In this document: positions 8,093-17,067 of the stretch, piece after piece
How the letters are laid out: every line of letters starts with the position of its first letter
Numbering within the stretch: position 1 is the stretch's first letter
NCBI RefSeq assembly: GCF_021054785.1
Contig: NZ_CP088239.1
Location: 2,220,001-2,252,000, forward strand
Length of the DNA: 32,000 nt
Direction: 5' to 3'
Source: Tannockella kyphosi
Lineage (GTDB): Bacteria > Bacillota_I > Bacilli_A > Erysipelotrichales > Coprobacillaceae
Notes under the pieces: model-generated
Databases searched by the model: none
Told to the model about the DNA's origin: nothing
What the model saw: only the letters and a program-made list of their open reading frames with translations
Position numbers and translations under genes: made by a program

Positions 8093-9277
8093 ATGGATAA
8101 AAAAACAATCAAAGATATTGAAGTTGCAGGGAAAACAGTATTAGTACGTGTTGACTTCAACATACCAAGAAACAAAGAAACTGGTGAAATCACAAACGAT
8201 AATCGTATCGTTGCTGCATTACCAACTATTAAGTACTTATTAGAACAAGGGCCTAAAGCAGTAGTATTATTCTCTCACTTAGGGAAAGTAAAAACAGAAG
8301 AAGATAAAGCTAAAAATGATTTATCTGTAGCTGCTCCTAGATTAGCTGAATTATTAGGGAAAGATGTTACTTTTGTAAATGCTACAAGAGGAGAAGAATT
8401 AGAATCAACAGTGAAAAACGCTACTGATGGACAAGTTATCTTAGTGCAAAACACTCGTTATGAAGCTGGGGAAAGCAAAAATGATCCTGAATTAGGAAAA
8501 TATTGGGCTTCTTTAGGAGATGTATTTGTGGAAGATGCATTTGGTTCAGTACATAGAGCACATGCTTCTACAGCTGGAATTCCTGCACATTTACCATCTG
8601 CAGCTGGATTCTTAGTAGAAAAAGAAATTGCTTATATTGGAAAAGCAGTAAATGCTCCTGAAAGACCATTAGTTGCTATTTTAGGTGGAGCGAAAGTTTC
8701 AGATAAAATTGCTGTTATTGAAAACTTATTAAAAGTTGCTGATAAAGTAATTGTTGGTGGAGGTATGTGTTATACTTTTGCTAAAGCAATGGGTCATGAA
8801 GTGGGAACATCTTTATTAGAAGAAGATAAAGTTGAATTAGCAAAATCTTTTGTTGAAAAAGCAGAAGGAAAATTAATTTTACCAATCGATTCTATTTGTT
8901 CAGATAAATTTGGTGTTGATGGAGATATTAAAGAATGCGGTGCAGATGTACCAGCAGGATATATGGGATTAGATATTGGTCCTAAATCTATTGAATTATT
9001 CAAAAAAGAATTAGAAGGTGCTAAAACTGTAATTTGGAATGGACCAATGGGTGTATTCGAAATGGAACCTTTTGCAAAAGGTACTGTAGCAGTATGTGAA
9101 GCATTAGCGAACTTAGAAGGTGCAAATACGATTATCGGTGGTGGAGATAGCGCTGCTGCAGTAATGCAACTTGGATATGCTGATAAAGTTTCTCACATCT
9201 CAACTGGTGGTGGAGCTTCATTAGAATATATGGAAGGGAAAACTCTTCCAGGTATCGCAGCTATTAATGACAAATAA
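8093..9277 (+). CDS. pgk: Phosphoglycerate kinase
   Basis: 394 aa with [37 protein letters not shown] and GGGDSAAAV motifs. Confidence 0.97.
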   Translation: MDKKTIKDIEVAGKTVLVRVDFNIPRNKETGEITNDNRIVAALPTIKYLLEQGPKAVVLFSHLGKVKTEEDKAKNDLSVAAPRLAELLGKDVTFVNATRGEELESTVKNATDGQVILVQNTRYEAGESKNDPELGKYWASLGDVFVEDAFGSVHRAHASTAGIPAHLPSAAGFLVEKEIAYIGKAVNAPERPLVAILGGAKVSDKIAVIENLLKVADKVIVGGGMCYTFAKAMGHEVGTSLLEEDKVELAKSFVEKAEGKLILPIDSICSDKFGVDGDIKECGADVPAGYMGLDIGPKSIELFKKELEGAKTVIWNGPMGVFEMEPFAKGTVAVCEALANLEGANTIIGGGDSAAAVMQLGYADKVSHISTGGGASLEYMEGKTLPGIAAINDK

Positions 9278-9295
9278 TAACTAAGGGGAAAGAAT

Positions 9296-10039
9296 ATGAG
9301 AAAACCAATCATTGTAGGAAATTGGAAAATGAATAAAACTATTGCTGAAACAAAAGCTTTTGTTGAAGCAGTAGATAGTAGTGTTAGCGATAGTGCAGAT
9401 TGGGGTATTGCTACTCCATATTTAGCATTACAAACTGCTAAATCTTTAGCTAGTAACTTAATTGTTGCTGCTGAAAACTGTCACTTCGAAGAAAGTGGAG
9501 CTTTCACAGGAGAAATCAGTACTTCTATGTTAAAAGAAATCGGTGTGGAATGGGTAATCTTAGGACACTCTGAAAGAAGACAATATTTTGGAGAAACAAA
9601 TGCTACTGTTAATGCAAAAACATTAAAAGTATTAGATGCTGGAATGACTCCAATTGTATGTGTTGGTGAAACATTAGAAGAATACGAAGCTGGAAGCACA
9701 AAAGATGTTTGTAAAACTCAAACAGTTGCTGCTTTCAAAGATGTATGTCCTAAATGTATCGAAAAAGTTGTTATTGCTTATGAACCAGTATGGGCAATCG
9801 GAACTGGTAAAACAGCTACGAATGAAATCGCTCAAGATGTATGTGCATACATCCGTGGTGTAGTTGCTGAATTATATGGTCAAGAAGCAGCTGATAAAGT
9901 AAGAATTCAATATGGTGGATCTGTAAAACCAGAAGGATTAAAAACTTTATTAGAACAACCAGATATTGATGGTGCTTTAGTTGGTGGAGCTTCTTTATTA
10001 GAAGATTCATACATTGCAATGATCGAAAACTTAGGTTAA
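9296..10039 (+). CDS. tpiA: Triosephosphate isomerase
   Basis: 247 aa with GNWKMN, ILGHSERR, AYEPVWAIGTGKTAT and YGGSVKP motifs. Confidence 0.97.
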   Translation: MRKPIIVGNWKMNKTIAETKAFVEAVDSSVSDSADWGIATPYLALQTAKSLASNLIVAAENCHFEESGAFTGEISTSMLKEIGVEWVILGHSERRQYFGETNATVNAKTLKVLDAGMTPIVCVGETLEEYEAGSTKDVCKTQTVAAFKDVCPKCIEKVVIAYEPVWAIGTGKTATNEIAQDVCAYIRGVVAELYGQEAADKVRIQYGGSVKPEGLKTLLEQPDIDGALVGGASLLEDSYIAMIENLG

Positions 10040-10048
10040 GAAACAATT

Positions 10049-10092
10049 AGAAGGTAGTAAGAGAATTCATTCTCTTATCACCTTCTTTTTTT
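10049..10092 (+). terminator. Rho-independent terminator after tpiA
   Basis: Long stem agaaggtagtaagagaa...ttctcttatcaccttct followed by a T-run. Confidence 0.75.
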
Positions 10093-10126
10093 GTGTTTTA
10101 AGGGAATATTTTTTTAAAAAAAAGTA

Positions 10127-10154
10127 TTGCATTTCTTACAATTTGTTGTATACT
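10127..10154 (+). promoter_or_regulatory. Candidate promoter of the rplKA operon
   Basis: TTGCAT, 16-nt spacer, TATACT. Confidence 0.5.
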
Positions 10155-10197
10155 AGTTAATTGACACGGTATGTGTTAAATAAATTTGTTACTATGC

Positions 10198-10225
10198 GTG
10201 GAAGGTTTTACAACCGCTTGACCAC
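10198..10225 (+). promoter_or_regulatory. Leader hairpin motif copy 1 (candidate L1-binding autoregulatory site) upstream of rplK
   Basis: GUGG-AA-GGUU-uuac-AACC-GCUUGA-CCAC. It shares the outer stem and internal-loop sequence with 10712-10737. Confidence 0.45.
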
Positions 10226-10260
10226 AGCACGGACAAAAATTTTATAAGGAGGAATGTCAC

Positions 10261-10683
10261 GTGAGTAAAAAAGTTGCAAGAATTATGAAAATTCAATTCC
10301 CAGCTGGAGGAGCTAAACCAGGTCCTGCATTAGCTGGAGCAGGGATTCAAATGCCTAAATTCTGTACTGCTTTCAATGATCAAACAAGAGATCGTATGGG
10401 TGAAACTGTACCTGTAGTGTTAACAGTATATGAAGATAAGAACTTTGAATTTGTATTAAAAACTGCGCCTTGTGCGGAAGTTATTAAAAAAGCTTGTGGA
10501 ATTAAAAAAGGAGCAAGCAATAGTGGAGCAGCAACAGTTGCTACATTATCAGCGGCTAAGTTAAAAGAAATCGCTGAATACAAAATGCCTGATTTAAATG
10601 CAAATGATATCGATGCTGCAATGAAAATTGTTGCTGGTACAGCTCGTAATATGGGTGTTAGTGTAGAAGGTTTCGACGCTTAA
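10261..10683 (+). CDS. rplK: 50S ribosomal protein L11 (GTG start)
   Basis: 140 aa with KIQFPAG...FCTAFN...VPVVLTVYEDKNFEFVLKT.P...MPDLNA...GTARNMG. RBS AAGGAGGAA is upstream. Confidence 0.93.
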   Translation: MSKKVARIMKIQFPAGGAKPGPALAGAGIQMPKFCTAFNDQTRDRMGETVPVVLTVYEDKNFEFVLKTAPCAEVIKKACGIKKGASNSGAATVATLSAAKLKEIAEYKMPDLNANDIDAAMKIVAGTARNMGVSVEGFDA

Positions 10684-10711
10684 TTTTAAAAAAAATAGAG
10701 AATCGTCATTT

Positions 10712-10737
10712 GTGGAAGGATTATTCCGCTTGACCAC
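10712..10737 (+). promoter_or_regulatory. Leader hairpin motif copy 2 (candidate L1-binding site) upstream of rplA
   Basis: GUGG-AA-GGA-uuau-UCC-GCUUGA-CCAC, immediately 5' of the rplA Shine-Dalgarno sequence. Confidence 0.45.
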
Positions 10738-10754
10738 TAAGGAGGAAAAATAAA

Positions 10755-11435
10755 ATGGCTAAAAAAAGTAAAAGATATTTAGCAGCTGCCGAGTTAATTG
10801 ATGCTACTAATGCATATTCAATTGAAGAAGCTGTTGCTTTAGTTAAGAAAACAAGTACTACTAAATTTGATGCTAGTGTTGATGTTGCTTTCCGTTTAGG
10901 ATTAAATACAAAACATGCTGATCAACAATTAAGAGGTGCTTTAGTATTACCACATGGTACAGGTAAATCTAAAAAGGTTTTAGTTGTAACAGAAGGTGCA
11001 AAAGCTGCTGAAGCTACTGCTGCTGGTGCAGATGTAGTTGGTGGTAAAGAAATTTTAGAAGACATCAAAAAAGGATGGTTAGATTTTGAAGTAATGATCG
11101 CTACTCCAGATATGATGGCTGAATTAGGGAAATTAGGACGTATTCTTGGACCTAAAGGTTTAATGCCAAACCCTAAAACTGGAACTGTAACTATGGATGT
11201 TGCTAAAGCTGTTGCTGAAACAAAAGCTGGTAAAGTAACTTATAGAACAGATAAAGAAGGAAATATTCATTTAACTATTGGACGTGCTTCATTTGAAGAT
11301 GCCAAATTAGTAGAAAACTTCCAAACTGTATATGATTTATTAGTAAAAATCAAACCATCTACAGCAAAAGGTGTTTATATGAAAAACGTTGTGATCACAT
11401 CTTCAATGGGACCAAGCGTAAAAGTAGCTGCTTAA
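10755..11435 (+). CDS. rplA: 50S ribosomal protein L1
   Basis: 226 aa with [25 protein letters not shown] and [14 protein letters not shown] motifs. Confidence 0.97.
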   Translation: MAKKSKRYLAAAELIDATNAYSIEEAVALVKKTSTTKFDASVDVAFRLGLNTKHADQQLRGALVLPHGTGKSKKVLVVTEGAKAAEATAAGADVVGGKEILEDIKKGWLDFEVMIATPDMMAELGKLGRILGPKGLMPNPKTGTVTMDVAKAVAETKAGKVTYRTDKEGNIHLTIGRASFEDAKLVENFQTVYDLLVKIKPSTAKGVYMKNVVITSSMGPSVKVAA

Positions 11436-11467
11436 TTAGTAGCAATATTATTGGAGCAATCAATATA

Positions 11468-11509
11468 CCCTAGACAGTAACTGGGAAACCTTAATTTGTT
11501 ACCGAGGTG
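11468..11509 (+). promoter_or_regulatory. Possible L10(L12)4-binding leader element in the rplJL 5' UTR
   Basis: A 168-nt untranslated gap precedes rplJ. The segment ccctagacaGTAACtgggaaaccttaatttGTTACcgagg folds as nested stems. The call rests on position and general similarity to Firmicute L10 leaders; no covariance model was run. Confidence 0.3.
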
Positions 11510-11603
11510 TTAAATCGTATAGAAATATATTATCTTGAACTATTTAATAGTTTTATAGCGAGTATATTGTTGCATATATAAAAATAAAATAGGAGGTGTA
11601 ACA

Positions 11604-12134
11604 ATGTCAGTAGAAGCAATTAGTTTAAAAGCGGAAGTCGTTACTGAAATTGCTGAAAAATTTAACAATTCTCATTCTGCAGTAGTAGTTGAGTATCGTG
11701 GATTATCAGTAGCTGATGTAACAGTATTACGTAGAGAATTACGTGCTGAAGGCGTTGAATTTAAAGTTTACAAAAACAAACTTATGCAAAGAGCTGCAGA
11801 ACAAGTTGGTTATGAAGCTTTAAACGATCAATTAGTTGGTCCTAACGCAATCGCATTCGGAAACGATGATGCTGTAGCTCCTGCCAGAATCTTAGCGAAT
11901 TTCGCAAAAGATCACGAAGCTTTAATTATTAAAGCTGGTGTTATGGAAGGAAAAGTATTATCAAGCGATGAAGTAAAAGAAATTTCTAGCTTACCAGGTA
12001 GAGATGGAATGTACTCTATGTTACTTGCAATGATGAAAGAACCAGTTGCAAAAGTTGCTAGAGTTATTAATGCTGTTGCAGAAAACAAACCTGCAGACGG
12101 TACAGTTGTAGAAACAACAGAAGAAGCTGCTTAA
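11604..12134 (+). CDS. rplJ: 50S ribosomal protein L10
   Basis: 176 aa with VVVEYRGLSVADVTVLRRELR and FKVYKNKL motifs. RBS AGGAGGTG is upstream. Confidence 0.95.
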   Translation: MSVEAISLKAEVVTEIAEKFNNSHSAVVVEYRGLSVADVTVLRRELRAEGVEFKVYKNKLMQRAAEQVGYEALNDQLVGPNAIAFGNDDAVAPARILANFAKDHEALIIKAGVMEGKVLSSDEVKEISSLPGRDGMYSMLLAMMKEPVAKVARVINAVAENKPADGTVVETTEEAA

Positions 12135-12172
12135 AAGCAAGCAAAAAAGAAAATTAATGGAGGAAAAACAAA

Positions 12173-12541
12173 ATGGCAAAATTAACACATGAAGATATTT
12201 TAGCATATTTAGAAGAATCAACAATCTTAGAATTAAATGAATTAGTGAAAGCAATCGAAGAAAAATTCGATGTAACTGCTGCTGCACCAGTTGCTGTAGC
12301 TGCTGCTGATACAGGAGCTGCTGCTGGACCTACTGAAGTAACTGTTACTTTAACAGAAGCTGGAGCAACTAAAGTTGCTGTAATCAAAGCAGTTAGAGAA
12401 ATCACTGGTTTAGGTTTAGTAGATGCAAAAGGTATCGTTGATAAAGCACCAAGTGCAATCAAAGAAAACATTTCACCAGAATTAGCTGCTGAAATCAAAG
12501 AAAAATTAGAAGCTGCTGGAGCTTCAGTAGAAGTTAAATAA
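12173..12541 (+). CDS. rplL: 50S ribosomal protein L7/L12
   Basis: 122 aa with an Ala-rich hinge followed by [24 protein letters not shown]...[11 protein letters not shown]. Confidence 0.97.
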   Translation: MAKLTHEDILAYLEESTILELNELVKAIEEKFDVTAAAPVAVAAADTGAAAGPTEVTVTLTEAGATKVAVIKAVREITGLGLVDAKGIVDKAPSAIKENISPELAAEIKEKLEAAGASVEVK

Positions 12542-12555
12542 TTTTAACTCTTAAA

Positions 12556-12579
12556 AGAGGTCTTAGACCTCTTTTTTTT
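12556..12579 (+). terminator. Rho-independent terminator after rplL
   Basis: agaggtc-tta-gacctct followed by T7. Confidence 0.8.
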
Positions 12580-12624
12580 CTAACTTGAAAAAGGTATAAT
12601 ATCTTTGTAAAAAGGAGGTAAACA

Positions 12625-13227
12625 ATGAAACATTACTATACAGATAATACAGACCTAGAAAGTAAACCTACAAGTTTTACTTTCCAATATAAGGATAAAG
12701 AAATAAAATTTACTAGTGATATTGGTGTTTTTTCTAAAACAATGATTGATTATGGTTCAAGAGTCTTATTAGATGCTTTTGAATTAAAAAATGAGAATGC
12801 TAGTATATTAGATGTTGGTTGTGGCTATGGAACATTTGGTATTAGTTTAAAAGTATTATATCCACAACTAACTGTTACGATGGTGGATGTTAATGATCGG
12901 GCTTTATCTTTATGCCAAAACAATGCAATTGATAATGATGTTCAAGCAACCATTTTTAAAAGTTTTATTTATCAAGAAGTAACGAATAGTTATGACTATA
13001 TTTTAACCAATCCACCAATTCGTGCTGGTAAAGAAGTAGTTCATGAGATATTAGAAAAATCAATAAACCATTTAAATGAGGATGGAGAACTTTGGGTAGT
13101 TATTCAAAAGAAACAAGGAGCACCATCAGCTATGAAGAAAATGGAAGAAGTATTTGGTAATTGTAAAATAATTAAAAAAGATAAAGGATATAACATACTA
13201 TGTTCTAAAAAAAGCAGTAATATGTAA
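12625..13227 (+). CDS. Class I SAM-dependent methyltransferase (RsmC/YbxB-like, rRNA guanine-N2 type)
   Basis: 200 aa with the SAM motif ILDVGCGYGTFG and the catalytic NPPIRAGK motif. It occupies the same rplL-rpoB position as Bacillus ybxB. Confidence 0.8.
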   Translation: MKHYYTDNTDLESKPTSFTFQYKDKEIKFTSDIGVFSKTMIDYGSRVLLDAFELKNENASILDVGCGYGTFGISLKVLYPQLTVTMVDVNDRALSLCQNNAIDNDVQATIFKSFIYQEVTNSYDYILTNPPIRAGKEVVHEILEKSINHLNEDGELWVVIQKKQGAPSAMKKMEEVFGNCKIIKKDKGYNILCSKKSSNM

Positions 13228-13234
13228 TAAAATG

Positions 13235-13260
13235 GTTATCTTTTGATACAAAAAGATAAC
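13235..13260 (+). terminator. AT-rich stem-loop after the methyltransferase gene (weak terminator)
   Basis: gttatctttt-gataca-aaaagataac. The downstream T tract is poor. Confidence 0.35.
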
Positions 13261-13405
13261 TTATTAAATAAACATATAATTATAACAAAAAATGATTGAC
13301 TATCCGCCTTGGATATGCTAGCATAATAAAATGCCTATCCATGTTTAAAAGCGGATTGTTTTTTGCGCCTAAAAACAAGGTTATAGAGATTAACGAAGGG
13401 GTGAA

Positions 13406-16400
13406 TTGTTAGTGGAAAACAAAATAACAGCAGCAAAAAGTAAGATTACTCGTCGTAACTATTCAAGAATTAGTGGTTCATTAGAATTACCTAATTTAGT
13501 AGAAATTCAAACCAACTCATATAAATGGTTTAAAGAAGAAGGAATCAAGGAAGTATTTCAGGATGTCTATCCGATTACAAACTTTAATGAGACTTTATCT
13601 TTAGAGTTTGTGGATTGTAGCTTTGATAAACCTAAGTATTCTGTAGATGAAAGTAAGGATCGAGATGCAAATTATGCAGCTCCAATTCGTGCTACTTTAC
13701 GTTTAGTAAATAGTGCTACAGGAGAAATTAAAGAACAAGAAGTATTTATGGGGGATTTCCCTTTAATGACAGAATCTGGAACATTTATTATTAATGGAGC
13801 AGAACGTGTTATCGTATCACAATTAGTTCGTTCACCAGGAGCATATTTTGCAGATGGTGTAGATAAAAGTGGGAAAACTATCTTTACTGGATCAGTGATT
13901 CCTTCAAGAGGAACATGGTTAGAATTTGAAAATGATTCTAGAGATGTTTTAAATGTACGTATTGATCGTACTAGAAAAATACCAGCTACGGTATTATTAA
14001 GAGCGTTAGGTTTATCAAGTAATGAAGATATCATTGCTGTTTTTGGTGACCATGAATTCATTCGTAATACAATTGAAAAAGATAGTACTACAAATACAGA
14101 AGAAGCATTAATTGAAATCTATAACAAATTAAGACCAGGGGAACCAGCTACTTTAGAAGGAGCAAATAACCTTTTATATTCTAAATTTTTTGATGCAAAA
14201 CGTTATGATTTAGCAAGAGCAGGACGTTTTAAATTCGATAAAAAATTAAGTTTATATGATCGTATCAAAGGACATATCTTAGCGCAAGATATCAAAGATA
14301 TGGAAGGGAATGTTGTTTGTACAAATGGAACACTTTTAACAAAAGAAGTGTTAGAAGACTTAAAACCAGTTTTAGCTTCTCCAGTACATATGCAAAACGT
14401 TAGTACAAACCCTCGTTTAGAATCAACAGGAAATATTCAAGTAATTGAAGTTTATGTTGATGAAGCAATGACTAAAAAGATGAAAGTAATTGGTACAGAT
14501 TTATCTTTAGATTGTAAATTTGTAACTATTTCTGATATGTTAGCAGCATATTCATATATGTTAAATCTTGTTGATATTTTCAATTCATTTGATTTAGCAG
14601 CAGATGACCGTGTTAGTTTAATGTCACGTATTGGTTTATTAGATGATATTGATCATTTAGGAAATCGTCGTGTTCGTTCTGTTGGTGAGTTAATTCAAAA
14701 CCAATTCCGTATTGGTTTATCAAGAATGGAACGTGTTGTAAAAGAAAGAATGTCTTTAACAGAAGTAGATTCTATTACACCACAATCATTAACAAATATT
14801 CGTCCTTTAACTGCAGCAATTAAAGAGTTCTTCTCTTCTTCTCAGTTATCTCAATTCATGGATCAAATTAATCCCCTTGCCGAACTTACAAATAAACGTC
14901 GTTTATCTGCATTAGGGCCAGGTGGTTTAAGTAGAGATCGTGCTGGATATGAAGTACGTGACGTGCATGCGTCTCACTACGGTCGTATCTGTCCTATTGA
15001 AACTCCAGAAGGACCAAATATCGGGTTAATTTCCACATTAGCATCTTATGCAAAAATAAATAAATATGGTTTTATTGAAACACCATATCGTAAAGTAAAT
15101 AGTAGTTTAATTGATGAATCAGATATTCGTTACTTAACTGCAGATGAAGAAAAAAATTATATTATTGCCCAAGCAAATGTACGTACTAGTGAAGCTGGAG
15201 AAATCTTAGATGAACAAGTAATTGCACGTCACTTAGGTGAAAATATTATGGCAAAAAGAGAAGAATTGGATTTCATCGATATCTCACCAAAACAAATCGT
15301 TTCGGTTGCGACATCTTGTATCCCATTCCTTGAAAATGACGATGCTACTCGTGCCCTAATGGGTGCCAACATGCAACGTCAGGCTGTCCCATTATTAAAA
15401 CCACATACTCCTTTTGTAGGAACTGGAATGGAGCATCAAGCTGCTCGTGATTCAGGTGCTGCAGTAGTAAGTAGAGCGGATGGGGTTATATCTTATGTAG
15501 ATGCTAGAAAAATCTCAATTCGTAATGAAGATGGTGAACATAGTTATCGTTTAGCGAAATTTATGATTTCAAATGCCGGTACATGTATTAACCAAACTCC
15601 AATTGTAAAAGTAGGAGAAAAAGTATTAAAAGGTCAAGTGCTAGCAGATGGTCCAGCAATGGAACAAGGTGAATTAGCGTTAGGACAAAACGTATTAGTA
15701 GGATTCATGACATGGAATGGTTATAACTATGAAGATGCCATTATTATGTCTGAAAGATTAGTAAAAGATGATGTTTATACATCTATTCATATTGACGAAT
15801 ATTCTATTGAATGTCGTGAAACAAAATTAGGACCTGAAGAGATTACTCGTGACATCCCTAACGTAGGTGATGAAGCTCGTAGAAACTTAAATCGTGAAGG
15901 TATCATTATGATTGGTGCTGAAGTGAAAGAAGGAGATATCTTAGTAGGGAAAGTTACACCAAAAGGACAAGCGGAATTATCAGCAGAAGAAAGATTATTA
16001 TTAGCTATCTTTGGTGAGAAATCTCGTGAAGTAAAAGATAATTCATTACGTGTACCACATGGTGGGGCCGGTATTATCCATGATATTAAAGTTTTCTCTA
16101 GAAAAAATGGAGATGAATTACAACCAGGTGTTAACAAAGTAGTAAAAGTATATATCGTTCAAAAACGTAAAATCTCTGAAGGAGATAAAATGGCAGGACG
16201 TCATGGTAATAAAGGGGTAATCTCTAAAATCTTACCAATTGAAGATATGCCTCATTTAGAAGATGGAACTCCTTTAGATATCATGCTTAACCCATTAGGG
16301 GTACCTTCTCGTATGAATATCGGACAGGTATTAGAATTACATTTAGGTTATGCTGCAAAAGAATTAGGTTTATATATTGCAACTCCTGCATTTGATGGGT

Positions 16401-17056
16401 TATATAGAAGTGACTTAGAAGCAATCATGGTAGAAGCTGGAATGACAAAAGACGGAAAACAAACAGTAGTTGATGGACGTACTGGAGAATTATTTGATTC
16501 TAAGATTTCTGTTGGTATCATGTATATGATTAAGTTAGCCCACATGGTTGATGATAAATTACATGCTCGTTCAGTAGGACCTTACTCTTTAGTAACGCAA
16601 CAACCATTAGGTGGTAAAGCGCAAAATGGTGGACAAAGATTTGGGGAAATGGAAGTTTGGGCATTAGAAGCATATGGTGCTGCTTATACATTACGTGAAA
16701 TCTTAACAGTAAAATCAGATGACGTTGTAGGACGTGTCAAAACATATGAAGCTATTGTAAAAGGACAACCTTTACCAGAACCAGGATTACCGGAATCATT
16801 TAGAGTATTGAAAAAAGAATTACAAGCATTAGCGTTAGATATTCGTTTATTAGATGAATTTGATAATGAAATTGATATGCGTAATATAGAAGAAGAAGAA
16901 AGACGCTTCCCTATCTCCATTGAAAAAGAGGAAGTAGTACAACCTGTAGTAGAAGAAACTTTCGAAGAAGACCTTGATTTAGAAGATGAAGGGGAAGAAG
17001 ATTTTGATGATACAGGATTTGAGTTACTTGATGAAATGATTGATAGTGAAGACTAG
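13406..17056 (+). CDS. rpoB: DNA-directed RNA polymerase beta subunit (TTG start as in the ORF track; GTG at 13412 is an alternative)
   Basis: 1216 aa with [50 protein letters not shown] and [18 protein letters not shown] motifs. Confidence 0.98.
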   Translation: MLVENKITAAKSKITRRNYSRISGSLELPNLVEIQTNSYKWFKEEGIKEVFQDVYPITNFNETLSLEFVDCSFDKPKYSVDESKDRDANYAAPIRATLRLVNSATGEIKEQEVFMGDFPLMTESGTFIINGAERVIVSQLVRSPGAYFADGVDKSGKTIFTGSVIPSRGTWLEFENDSRDVLNVRIDRTRKIPATVLLRALGLSSNEDIIAVFGDHEFIRNTIEKDSTTNTEEALIEIYNKLRPGEPATLEGANNLLYSKFFDAKRYDLARAGRFKFDKKLSLYDRIKGHILAQDIKDMEGNVVCTNGTLLTKEVLEDLKPVLASPVHMQNVSTNPRLESTGNIQVIEVYVDEAMTKKMKVIGTDLSLDCKFVTISDMLAAYSYMLNLVDIFNSFDLAADDRVSLMSRIGLLDDIDHLGNRRVRSVGELIQNQFRIGLSRMERVVKERMSLTEVDSITPQSLTNIRPLTAAIKEFFSSSQLSQFMDQINPLAELTNKRRLSALGPGGLSRDRAGYEVRDVHASHYGRICPIETPEGPNIGLISTLASYAKINKYGFIETPYRKVNSSLIDESDIRYLTADEEKNYIIAQANVRTSEAGEILDEQVIARHLGENIMAKREELDFIDISPKQIVSVATSCIPFLENDDATRALMGANMQRQAVPLLKPHTPFVGTGMEHQAARDSGAAVVSRADGVISYVDARKISIRNEDGEHSYRLAKFMISNAGTCINQTPIVKVGEKVLKGQVLADGPAMEQGELALGQNVLVGFMTWNGYNYEDAIIMSERLVKDDVYTSIHIDEYSIECRETKLGPEEITRDIPNVGDEARRNLNREGIIMIGAEVKEGDILVGKVTPKGQAELSAEERLLLAIFGEKSREVKDNSLRVPHGGAGIIHDIKVFSRKNGDELQPGVNKVVKVYIVQKRKISEGDKMAGRHGNKGVISKILPIEDMPHLEDGTPLDIMLNPLGVPSRMNIGQVLELHLGYAAKELGLYIATPAFDGLYRSDLEAIMVEAGMTKDGKQTVVDGRTGELFDSKISVGIMYMIKLAHMVDDKLHARSVGPYSLVTQQPLGGKAQNGGQRFGEMEVWALEAYGAAYTLREILTVKSDDVVGRVKTYEAIVKGQPLPEPGLPESFRVLKKELQALALDIRLLDEFDNEIDMRNIEEEERRFPISIEKEEVVQPVVEETFEEDLDLEDEGEEDFDDTGFELLDEMIDSED

Positions 17057-17067
17057 GAGGAAAGAAT

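Noticed and set aside
11530-11560. AT-only hairpin (aactat-tta-atagtt) in the rplJ leader, considered as an attenuator terminator
   Set aside because: The 6-bp A/T stem with a 3-nt loop and a poor U-tract is too weak to call from sequence alone.
12154-12498. 114-aa antisense ORF opposite rplL, and 88-aa ORF 12021-12287
   Set aside because: These are mirror images of the Ala-rich L7/L12 hinge and the rplJ-rplL junction. The sense-strand genes are unambiguous.
13290-13405. Possible rpoB promoter/attenuator (TTGACT at ~13297; atccgc...gcggat pairing followed by a T-run)
   Set aside because: The spacing to any acceptable -10 box is poor and the pairing is short. I could not support a specific call.
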